Shown piece after piece: positions 25,601 through 31,985 of a stretch of 35,933 nt of DNA (positions within the stretch are counted from its first letter, which is position 1; each line of letters opens with the position of its first letter). Origin of the DNA: a virus; IMG/VR virus record IMGVR_UViG_3300035670_000709, one strand, 5' to 3'. Position numbers and translations under genes: made by a program. The notes under the pieces were generated by a model. It saw only the letters and a program-made list of their open reading frames with translations. It ran no database searches and was not told the origin of the DNA.

Positions 25601-27782
25601 GACAGTTGACACAAACGCAATCACTACCGGGAAAATCGCCAACGCTACAATCTTACTCGAGGACATTGCAGCGAACGGAGCAAGCGCCGGGCAAATAATC
25701 AAATACAATGGTTCAGCGTGGGTGATAGCAAACGACAGTATCGGCGGCGGTGGTGCTGGCGTAACGGACGGCGACAAGGGCGACATAACAGTATCCGGGT
25801 CGGGCGCTACTTGGACGATTGACGCCGACGTGGTGGACTCTACAAACGTCGGCAACAAAACACTATCGGTTGACGACCTTAACGGCGGGTGGGGTGCAGC
25901 CACCGGGACGCCGCTGGAATGGAACGGGACTAATTGGCGGCCGGGCGTGGATAGCAGCGGTATTTATAGCGGGTCGGGCAACGTACCGGATAACACTATA
26001 CCAAATGTGTTAGGGTATTTTGGATTCCAATACGACACGGGCGACGGCGAAGCAATCGGCATTAGTAATTCGGGCGGCACAGTCCGAATTTCAAGTCCAG
26101 ACGCCAACACTTACACGCTTGTTGAAAATGATTCACTAACCATTGAAAGCGATACCAAGGTTAAGATAGTAGCGAACACCTTAGACGCTTCCGGGGTTAC
26201 GAACTTTATCGGCTTCCCATCCAGCGGCGGCGTGACCGACGGCGACAAAGGCGATATAGACGTGACCGGATCGGGCGCTACGTGGACGGTGGACACGTCG
26301 GCGATAAGCACGATAAAGGTAGCGAACGACGCTATCACCTTTGCAAAAATGCAGAACAGCGCAGCCGCCGGGCTTTCGGTAGTTGGGCGAAGCGCAAACA
26401 GCGCCGGGGATTTCGCCGAAATAAACGCGGGTACAGACGGATTTGTGTTGCGTAGGTCGGGTACTACTTTGGGGTTTGGCACGGTGGCGACGGCTGGGAT
26501 AGCAGACAACGCCGTTAATTTTGATAAGTTTCAGGACATTACAGGGAATAGCGTTTTGGCTCGAAATGCAGCTGGGGACGGAAGCGTTAATCAGGTTGCG
26601 CTCTCTTCATCTAACCTACTCGGTCGCGGAAGTACGGGCAACGTTTCCGCGATTACTTTAGGCACAAACCTGTCTATGTCGGGCAGCGCGCTCAACACAA
26701 CCGGGCACCCGACAATAAGCGGCACACCAACAGCCAACACGATACCAAAGTGGACTTCCGCATCGCAATTAGGAAGTTCACTAATTACAGACGACGGCAA
26801 TCTTGTTGCAGTCGGCGGTACAACTGGTATTGTAGTGCCAAACGGTACAACTTTGCAGCGGCCGGCGCTACCGGATGACAACGGTATTGTCCGATACAAT
26901 AGCACGATCGGGGCGCTGGAGTATTACAAGCCGGGTGGATGGGAAGCGCCGTTACTTTCGGCTACGGGGACGGGGCTGGATACGGCGGGGCGGGTGTTGT
27001 TTGCGGATGCGAATGGGCGGGCGTCGGGGTCGAGTAATTTGTTTTATGACGCAACCAACAGCCGCTTAGGTCTGAATTTTCCAGACCCTACATTTCTCTT
27101 ACAAGTTGTCGGCACTCAGGGCGGGGATGCAGGTGCTTTTTCTTATGATAGATATGGCGGTAGCCCTTCATTTGTGGTTCGGCGCGCAAACGGAACATTG
27201 TCATCACCGGCCGGGCTTAATAATAACGACATTATATGCAATTTTGCTTTTCGAGGTCATAATGGGGATGCGTTTTCGAGCGCATCAGCGGTTCTTATAT
27301 CTGCCCGGGCTGCCGAAACATGGAGTACCACAGCAGGCGGATCGCGCCTAACAATTAACACCACGGCAAACGGCGCAACATCATCTACCCAGCGCTTTGT
27401 TATTGAAAATAATGGCAATATCGGCATTGGGTCGTCAAACAATCCCAAAAACAAACTACAAATATCCGGCTCACTCGGTCGCAAAACGCCCGTAACTGTA
27501 ACAGCAACCCCTTACGCGGTACTCGACGACGACACATGGATAATTGTAAACCGCTCGTCATCTACAACAATTACTCTTCCAAATGCAGCCGACTGGGACG
27601 GGCGGGAAATTACCATCAAAACCATACAGGCGCAAACGGTTGTTTCTGCAAGCTCAAATATTATTGCAATTACCGACCCTCCAACCGCATCTCCAACAAC
27701 AAGCATCCTGCCAGCCGCCGATGGTGCGTGGGCGCTGCTGGTAAGCGACGGCACTAATTGGGTAATCATGCAACGCGGATAA
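22653..27782 (+). CDS. Giant repetitive tail fibre / receptor-binding-type protein (1709 aa) with signal-peptide-like N-terminus
   Basis: ATGA overlap with the upstream gene. N-terminus is MRYKLAILFSLFALSGSAQ, followed by a Gly8 hinge. There are five DGDKGDI(D/T)V..SG..WT(I/V)D modules and three 83-aa-type PDQTV/DGS.TNE.Q modules. The C-terminal region has GNIGIGSSNNPKNKLQISG and ITLPNAADWDGREITIKT...VSDGTNWVI, typical of fibre tips. Confidence 0.8.
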   Translation: MRYKLAILFSLFALSGSAQIFKTAGIPYTATTPSHTPSASGSAWAIDTANLDLYAYYGGAWNLAGERIQTIGGCAAPAYTPGKGQSVFVINGCDSLYYYRSGAWVVINAGGGGGGGGVSDGDKGDIDVSASGTVWTIDTSAVTNIKVDNNAIDSTKVGDKTLSLSDLNGSWGVQNGSVLKWNGTNWRPAADNTGTDGNGIYSGDGDIPTNTDATLPLNSYLRFEWPSGNTAFIMDDFGDTVYLADPSLASSVLISASKVGLRSTGNIELWGGTGGAKLRMLEPTGSGTNYTQIQVGAQSADITYTLPATTGTDGQYLQFTTGGQLQWSTVAAGVTDGDKGDIDVTASGATWTIDTGAVTTGKILDGTILFEDIGQNSASNGQVIKWNGTAWAAAADNTGGAGSTDLSWTGASSPYILNSSSGTDVAFAQGTGITLSTTDSTLTITNASPDQTVAITGAGISVVTGTYPNFTITSTEADGSATNEIQNLTLSGQSLGISSGTGVTLPVVGVSAGTGISVSSSIGTVTVTNAAPDQTVAITGAGISTVTGTYPNFTVTSTESDGSASNEGILGVGAGSGTTATITTNTTTGNAVTIAGGGIVAITETTSSNGGTITITATENDGSTINELQDLSLSGQSLSISNGSGVTLPVIGVSAGTGISTSISGGTVTVTNSAPDQTVGITGTGITVVSNYPNFALTAADQSDTNELQTIANTSDATSHTVTLSNSGGSVQLIEGAGISLSTGGSSSAGTVTIAATNSGTVTSVGITAPAAGITVSNSPITSSGNITLALADDLAAVEGLSTNGIAVRTATNTWATRSIAVSADAASTAALSIGFPDGVSGNPTINVRTSASSVKLNALVATTGNITLSGTQSIDGINLFANNRVLVKNQNTASENGIWVVSSGAWSRATDLDVNDELNGGVIVYIKRGTANGGKFFRLTTSSEPEMTINSTALTFSEIFDGFTLTDGDKGDIDVTSSGATWTVDTNAITTGKIANATILLEDIAANGASAGQIIKYNGSAWVIANDSIGGGGAGVTDGDKGDITVSGSGATWTIDADVVDSTNVGNKTLSVDDLNGGWGAATGTPLEWNGTNWRPGVDSSGIYSGSGNVPDNTIPNVLGYFGFQYDTGDGEAIGISNSGGTVRISSPDANTYTLVENDSLTIESDTKVKIVANTLDASGVTNFIGFPSSGGVTDGDKGDIDVTGSGATWTVDTSAISTIKVANDAITFAKMQNSAAAGLSVVGRSANSAGDFAEINAGTDGFVLRRSGTTLGFGTVATAGIADNAVNFDKFQDITGNSVLARNAAGDGSVNQVALSSSNLLGRGSTGNVSAITLGTNLSMSGSALNTTGHPTISGTPTANTIPKWTSASQLGSSLITDDGNLVAVGGTTGIVVPNGTTLQRPALPDDNGIVRYNSTIGALEYYKPGGWEAPLLSATGTGLDTAGRVLFADANGRASGSSNLFYDATNSRLGLNFPDPTFLLQVVGTQGGDAGAFSYDRYGGSPSFVVRRANGTLSSPAGLNNNDIICNFAFRGHNGDAFSSASAVLISARAAETWSTTAGGSRLTINTTANGATSSTQRFVIENNGNIGIGSSNNPKNKLQISGSLGRKTPVTVTATPYAVLDDDTWIIVNRSSSTTITLPNAADWDGREITIKTIQAQTVVSASSNIIAITDPPTASPTTSILPAADGAWALLVSDGTNWVIMQRG
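22980..23003 (+). repeat. (GGY)8 trinucleotide run encoding Gly8
   Basis: ggc ggc ggt ggc ggt ggc ggt ggt, in frame at fibre codons 110-117, between the N-terminal domain and the first DGDKGDI module. Confidence 0.9.
23985..24860 (+). repeat. In-frame coding repeats of the fibre (approximate bounds): ..NA(S/A)PDQTVAITGAGIS.VTGTYPNFT.TSTE.DGSA.NE.. units
   Basis: cccgatcagacggt recurs at 23997, 24246 and 24675 (fibre residues 449, 532, 675). DGS.(T/I)NE(I/L)Q.L(T/S)LSGQSL.IS.G.GVTLPV.GVSAGTGIS recurs twice in full, with two degenerate copies. Confidence 0.85.
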
Positions 27783-27797
27783 AACAAACACTAAAAT

Positions 27798-28451
27798 ATG
27801 AAACACATCATTTTCCTTCTTCTTTTCCCGCTCGGTCTGTTCGCGCAAGATCAGCCCGACACAACCGCCGTTGCTTATGAAAACCGGGGCGGCATCTTCT
27901 ACACGGTCACGAAAACAACCTACCAGTCCGGGCGCATTGTGACGGAAGAAACGCCTATTGGTACGGATACGGCATCGGTAGTCAACGCCATTATCGGGCC
28001 GGTATTTTTGGAGGGCGCTAAACTCGCAGAGCAGGCGGCAAAGGTCGCCCGCATAGCGAAGTTCCGCGCTCAACTTGCAGCGGCCAACACGGCGCTTACC
28101 GCACTTATCGGCTCGGATTATTACGACGTAACAAACAACCTTTTGGCCGCTGAATTTTTGGGCGCTGCTGATGAGGAAACCGGGCAACAGGCCGAATCCG
28201 TGCAATGTATTATGCGTGTTGACGGCGGCGCACCGATTACCGCATCAATCCGCCGAAATGCCGCCGGGCGCTTGGTTTATAGGCAGGGAACACAGAACTT
28301 TATGCTGGATATTATTTCGCGCAACTGGATAAGGATACGCCGTTACGATGGCTCGGATACCATTACACCTGAAATATCGGCGGTGGACTTGTTCAAAGAA
28401 GCGCCAAACCGCTGGGTATCTCTTGATCTAAAATTTATACTTCGCTTATGA
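27798..28451 (+). CDS. Hypothetical protein with Sec-type signal peptide (217 aa)
   Basis: MKHIIFLLLFPLGLFAQ-DQPD has n/h/c regions. The rest is soluble with an Ala-rich helical centre. No family recognised. Confidence 0.6.
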   Translation: MKHIIFLLLFPLGLFAQDQPDTTAVAYENRGGIFYTVTKTTYQSGRIVTEETPIGTDTASVVNAIIGPVFLEGAKLAEQAAKVARIAKFRAQLAAANTALTALIGSDYYDVTNNLLAAEFLGAADEETGQQAESVQCIMRVDGGAPITASIRRNAAGRLVYRQGTQNFMLDIISRNWIRIRRYDGSDTITPEISAVDLFKEAPNRWVSLDLKFILRL

Positions 28452-28582
28452 TGAATCTATTTCTAAAAAACGGCTTCTATTGCGCTGCCGGGCTTATCGC
28501 CATTCCAATTTTGGCCGGGCTGGTGATCGTTTCTTTCATCGCTAACGCCCTGCTTTGGGTTATTGAAAAAGTCCACCCATGA
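28448..28582 (+). CDS. Small membrane protein (44 aa)
   Basis: My translation is MMNLFLKNGFYCAAGLIAIPILAGLVIVSFIANALLWVIEKVHP. ATGA overlap with the upstream stop. Below the track cut-off. Confidence 0.45.
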   Translation: MMNLFLKNGFYCAAGLIAIPILAGLVIVSFIANALLWVIEKVHP

Positions 28583-28692
28583 GCAAATTAGGCATCAAAA
28601 ATGGTATTTGTATAGCCGTGTTCGCGGTCATGTACTGTCTGTTTATTGTGCCGCTGCTTATCGGGATGTGGGTGCTAAATAAAATGGATTAG
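28579..28692 (+). CDS. Small membrane protein (37 aa)
   Basis: My translation is MSKLGIKNGICIAVFAVMYCLFIVPLLIGMWVLNKMD. ATGA overlap with the preceding small ORF. Confidence 0.45.
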   Translation: MSKLGIKNGICIAVFAVMYCLFIVPLLIGMWVLNKMD

Positions 28693-28711
28693 TTCACTTA
28701 AAAATACAGAT

Positions 28712-29002
28712 ATGGAACCGAAAAAATGGTATCAATCTAAGATCGTGCTTTTCAGCGCATCAACACTTTTACTGGTGGGCGGCGACCTGCTTACGGGCTT
28801 TTTGACCGCAAGCGAGGTGACGCCCGAACAACTGGCAGCCATTGAGCAGGCCGGGCCACAAGTGGTGGAGGCGGTGCATGACATCAAAGCCGGGGAAAAT
28901 GTTTTCCAAACCATTGCAAGCATTTTCCCTGCAATCATTCTGATTTTGCGGGTGTGGTTCACGGCTACGCCGATTGCGCCGATCGTGCCGAAAAAAAACT
29001 AA
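28712..29002 (+). CDS. Two-TM protein, holin candidate (96 aa)
   Basis: TM segments IVLFSASTLLLVGGDLLTGFL and FQTIASIFPAIILILRVWF. Charged termini. Located upstream of the M15 peptidase. Confidence 0.45.
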   Translation: MEPKKWYQSKIVLFSASTLLLVGGDLLTGFLTASEVTPEQLAAIEQAGPQVVEAVHDIKAGENVFQTIASIFPAIILILRVWFTATPIAPIVPKKN

Positions 29003-29021
29003 CCTGTCTGTTTTGTCCTAT

Positions 29022-29053
29022 GCGGGCGGAGGGTAACGCCTTCGCCCGCTTTT
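29022..29053 (+). terminator. Hairpin plus short T-run inside the lysis region
   Basis: gcgggcgga / ttcgcccgc (9 bp, one G-U), 10-nt loop, then tttt. Confidence 0.5.
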
Positions 29054-29066
29054 CAAAGAATCAACC

Positions 29067-29330
29067 ATGAGCGAGGCTTACAAATTTTTCGGCGACTGGG
29101 TGCGCCAACAAGGCGGTAACGTGGTGCTGCTTTCCGTCGCCATTGTGTTTTTACACACCACCAACAACGCACAGGTGGCCGAACTAAAGGAAACTATATC
29201 AAAGCAGAGCGCCCGAATAGATCAGCAGATTGATGAAATACGAAAGTGCGACATGGAGCGCGCACGGCTCGAGGCGCGGGTAGAGGGGTTGATCGTTCAA
29301 TTATCGCAAAAATTTCCAAACCTGAAATAA
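29067..29330 (+). CDS. N-terminal TM plus coiled-coil protein (i-spanin-like architecture, 87 aa)
   Basis: TM segment VVLLSVAIVFLHTT, followed by a heptad-like charged helix (AELKETISKQSARIDQQIDEIRK...RLEARVEGL). Its stop lies 1 nt before the peptidase ATG. Confidence 0.45.
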   Translation: MSEAYKFFGDWVRQQGGNVVLLSVAIVFLHTTNNAQVAELKETISKQSARIDQQIDEIRKCDMERARLEARVEGLIVQLSQKFPNLK

Positions 29331-29331
29331 A

Positions 29332-29703
29332 ATGAAGAAACTAAAATATTTCACGGCGGCCGACTTTCGAATGGATGGTCAAGACGTGAGCGATAAAATG
29401 AACCCGGCGTTTTTGGACAAACTGGACAAATGCCGCGAACTGGCAGGGTTCCCGTTCGTTTTAAATTCATCTTACCGCACACCGGAAAAAAACGCCATGA
29501 TCGGCGGTGCTAACTATTCGATGCACTTATCCGGCCGGGCGGTGGATGTGCGGGTGGCGAATGGAGATCAGCGGTGGCGGATTGTCCGGGCTGCTCTGTC
29601 TCTGGGGCTTTCTGTTGGCATCATGGAAAACGCGGTACATATTGATGACCGCGATGGTATTCCGGTTATTTTTCACTATTACGCATCCAAAAGGCGAAAA
29701 TGA
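29332..29703 (+). CDS. Peptidase M15-type cell-wall hydrolase (endolysin candidate)
   Basis: SSYRTPEKNAMIGGANYSMHLSGRAVDV and AVHIDD give the H / D / H zinc-ligand pattern of M15 (SgYR..e.N...GG...S.H..G.A.D ... H.D). Confidence 0.8.
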   Translation: MKKLKYFTAADFRMDGQDVSDKMNPAFLDKLDKCRELAGFPFVLNSSYRTPEKNAMIGGANYSMHLSGRAVDVRVANGDQRWRIVRAALSLGLSVGIMENAVHIDDRDGIPVIFHYYASKRRK

Positions 29704-30551
29704 TAAACGACCTGACACTCGAAAAAACGCAGCCTTACACGCTCCATATTCGGGTGCGGTACAGGTATACTTCAGACTGGCATGGCCGGGCGCTTTTACT
29801 TTCCGATCTGCACATTGATAACCCTAAATGCGACCGGGCGCTACTTATTCGTCACCTTGAAGAAGCGAAGGCGGCTGATGCGCCCGTACTGATATTTGGC
29901 GACCTGTTTTGCGCCATGCAAGGGAAGTTCGATAAACGATCCAGCAAAGGCGAAATGCGGCCGGAACATCAGCAGGGTAATTATTTGGACGCGCTTGTAA
30001 AAACCACGGCCGAATTCTTTGAGCCGTACCGCCATCTGATAAAGTTTATCACGCCGGGAAACCATGAAACCGCGATACTCGGACGCCATGAAACCGACTT
30101 AACCGACCGCCTTGCTTTCGCTTTGGGTTGCGAGCGCGGGACTTACGCGGGCTGGGTGGTGTGGGTGTTTGAATATGAAAAGTCAGGCGGGAAAGTGCAT
30201 ACGATTCCAATGGCTTACCATCACGGCTACGGCGGGGGCGGGCCGGTCACAAAGGACGTAATTCAAACCAGCCGGAAGGCCGTCTATTTGCCCGACGCGA
30301 AGATCGTTGTTTCGGGACACACACACGACCGCTGGATTGTGCCGATCACCCGGGCGCGATTGAAGCGGACGGGAGAGCAGGTATTAGATGAGCAGTTGCA
30401 CATCAAACTGGGGACGTACAAAGACGAATATACGGTAGGCAAAGGGTGGGCGGTAGAAAAAGGAATGCCGCCTAAACCGTTGGGCGGTGCGTGGCTGCAT
30501 TTTAAGCCTGCAAAGTTCGAGATGAAGTATTGGGCGGAATTGTGCCAATAA
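29700..30551 (+). CDS. Calcineurin-like metallophosphoesterase
   Basis: The ordered motifs are all present: LLLSDLHID (DxH), LIFGDLF (GD), TPGNHE (GNHE), VVSGHTHD (GHxH). ATGA overlap with the peptidase gene. Confidence 0.8.
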   Translation: MINDLTLEKTQPYTLHIRVRYRYTSDWHGRALLLSDLHIDNPKCDRALLIRHLEEAKAADAPVLIFGDLFCAMQGKFDKRSSKGEMRPEHQQGNYLDALVKTTAEFFEPYRHLIKFITPGNHETAILGRHETDLTDRLAFALGCERGTYAGWVVWVFEYEKSGGKVHTIPMAYHHGYGGGGPVTKDVIQTSRKAVYLPDAKIVVSGHTHDRWIVPITRARLKRTGEQVLDEQLHIKLGTYKDEYTVGKGWAVEKGMPPKPLGGAWLHFKPAKFEMKYWAELCQ

Positions 30552-30554
30552 AAA

Positions 30555-30578
30555 AGCCCCGCCGGGGTGGGCGAGGCT
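30555..30578. terminator. Hairpin between convergent genes, canonical terminator when read on the minus strand
   Basis: agccccgcc / ggcgaggct (8 of 9 pairs), loop ggggtg. It is flanked by aaaaa on its left, which gives a T5 tail on the minus strand. Confidence 0.5.
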
Positions 30579-30607
30579 GGGTTATTGGTGTTATTTTGGG
30601 TGGGGTG

Positions 30608-30844
30608 TTAATATATTGGTATTCGATAGCGGCATCGCCACACTTCAACTAAAGCCATTATTAGTTTTTCCGAAGGCCAACCTTCATGATAATACCAAAC
30701 AGTCCAATATCCATTTACGTATTCAATTTTTACTGAGGGCATTTCAGCCAATAAATCATCAACATTTATATGTATTTTTTTGATCGGAAAGCCTTCTGTT
30801 ATTAACTCTGCACTTTCCTTTGCGCTTAAAATGTAGTTTTCCAT
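30608..30844 (-). CDS. Hypothetical small protein (78 aa), AT-rich gene
   Basis: The TAATG overlap with the upstream minus-strand gene suggests translational coupling. My hand count gives about 34% GC. Trp/Tyr-rich (YVNGYWTVWYYHEGWP). No family recognised. Confidence 0.6.
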   Translation of the reverse strand: MENYILSAKESAELITEGFPIKKIHINVDDLLAEMPSVKIEYVNGYWTVWYYHEGWPSEKLIMALVEVWRCRYRIPIY

Positions 30845-31521
30845 TAATCAATATTTTTATCCCGGTAAAGAAATAACGCCGCCCACGAGCAAGCGCACAA
30901 AAAAGCACAAAAACACCCCGTAACCACATCCGACACACCGATGCGCTGAAACGTCGGATAATGCACCCACCAAGCGCATATATCAATTATAAATACAAAC
31001 CAAAGGGCGGTGCCTGAAGTGCGGACGCGCGTTTCATCAGTAGCGAGCAGCACGGCCGCCAAAATAATAAGGAACGCAACGCCACCGCCGATCGTGCCGG
31101 GTTCACCCCAAAGGTCGCCGCAATCGTACCAAATAAGAGCGGCGTGACCGAGTACGACGGACAAAAGCACAAACGACAGGAAATGCCCGCGAATAGTGCC
31201 GATATCAAACCCGGATTGTTCGGCGGCTTCCGGCTGTTCAATGTTTATGGTTTGCAGGCCGTATTGTTCGGCGGGTTGATCTGCTTCCGGCTGTTCGCGG
31301 CGAATTGTACGCGCCCGCTTTGCCCGCTTCATTTTTTCGGCCGGCTGTTCAGCGTATTGTTCGCCGGACTTTTTGCGCTTATCGTTTAGCAGTTGCTCGA
31401 TTGTTCGCTCGGATAATTCGGCGAACCGGTCAAAGCGGACGCCGGGCTGTATCCGGCTAAGCTTCATTCGTACAGAATCGATTGGGCGATTGTGCTGGGT
31501 GGCAAATTGTTCTGCTGTCAT
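30844..31521 (-). CDS. Membrane protein (225 aa): soluble N-terminal domain, EQP-repeat basic/acidic linker, four C-terminal TM segments
   Basis: The N-terminus TAEQFATQHNRPIDSVRMKLSRI looks HTH-like (tentative). The linker repeats EQ(Y)AEQPAE / EQPEADQPAEQ / EQPEAAEQ. TM segments are FLSFVLLSVVLGHAALIWY, GGGVAFLIILAAVLLA, ALWFVFIIDICAWWV and VVTGCFCAFLCACSWAALFLY. Confidence 0.65.
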   Translation of the reverse strand: MTAEQFATQHNRPIDSVRMKLSRIQPGVRFDRFAELSERTIEQLLNDKRKKSGEQYAEQPAEKMKRAKRARTIRREQPEADQPAEQYGLQTINIEQPEAAEQSGFDIGTIRGHFLSFVLLSVVLGHAALIWYDCGDLWGEPGTIGGGVAFLIILAAVLLATDETRVRTSGTALWFVFIIDICAWWVHYPTFQRIGVSDVVTGCFCAFLCACSWAALFLYRDKNID

Positions 31522-31555
31522 GGTCCAAATAATTATTAGGTTGCGTAATGTTCGG

Positions 31556-31563
31556 CAAAGATA
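31556..31563 (-). promoter_or_regulatory. -7 box TATCTTTG (minus strand) for the leftward operon
   Basis: Plus-strand CAAAGATA is TATCTTTG on the minus strand, the same octamer as the two rightward early promoters. It lies 34 nt upstream of the ATG at 31521. A TTG lies 21 nt further upstream. Confidence 0.4.
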
Positions 31564-31640
31564 ATTAAACTTGTTTCATACTTGCAAGCGACCGCCGAAA
31601 AAAAATATAAAAAAATTAAACTACTTTAATTCACGCGCTC

Positions 31641-31648
31641 TAACTTTG
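31641..31648 (+). promoter_or_regulatory. -7 box TAACTTTG for the first rightward early gene
   Basis: Matches TAnnTTTG. It lies 5 nt upstream of the ATG at 31654, preceded by an A/T-rich tract. Confidence 0.5.
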
Positions 31649-31653
31649 CCCCT

Positions 31654-31899
31654 ATGAAAGAAATGACGCAAGAAGAAGCGTGGTTAGATTTTGAGCGGTT
31701 TATCACCGATCCGGCGCGGTGGGCTGAATTAAGCCCGCGCGACCGCAATACGATATTAGTGGCAAAGCATACGGCATCCGGTCGGGTGGTGCGTAATGGC
31801 AGGCAGGTTAAGTTAGGTATTAAGCGCCTCATGAAAATTTTAACAGCGCACGCGCCCGGCCGGTATGTATTTAAGGAGTCCATATATTGTTCGTTGTAG
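31654..31899 (+). CDS. Hypothetical early protein (81 aa)
   Basis: The ORF is bounded by a promoter-like box and two terminators. No family recognised. Confidence 0.55.
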   Translation: MKEMTQEEAWLDFERFITDPARWAELSPRDRNTILVAKHTASGRVVRNGRQVKLGIKRLMKILTAHAPGRYVFKESIYCSL

Positions 31900-31911
31900 T
31901 TTTTTCATGGT

Positions 31912-31946
31912 TGCCGCCGCCTGCCTTTTGGTGGGCGGCATTTTTT
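31912..31946 (+). terminator. Rho-independent terminator 1
   Basis: tgccgcc / ggcggca stem (7 bp, extendable), then tttttt at 31941-31946. Confidence 0.7.
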
Positions 31947-31985
31947 GAGTATGATTTTTTAGGGTGTATAATGACGTTTCTTTTT

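Noticed and set aside
31967-31972. Sigma-70-style TATAAT between the two tandem terminators as the promoter of a mini-transcript
   Set aside because: There is no matching -35 element. The other promoters in this genome follow the TAnnTTTG grammar, so a single hexamer in AT-rich DNA is not evidence.
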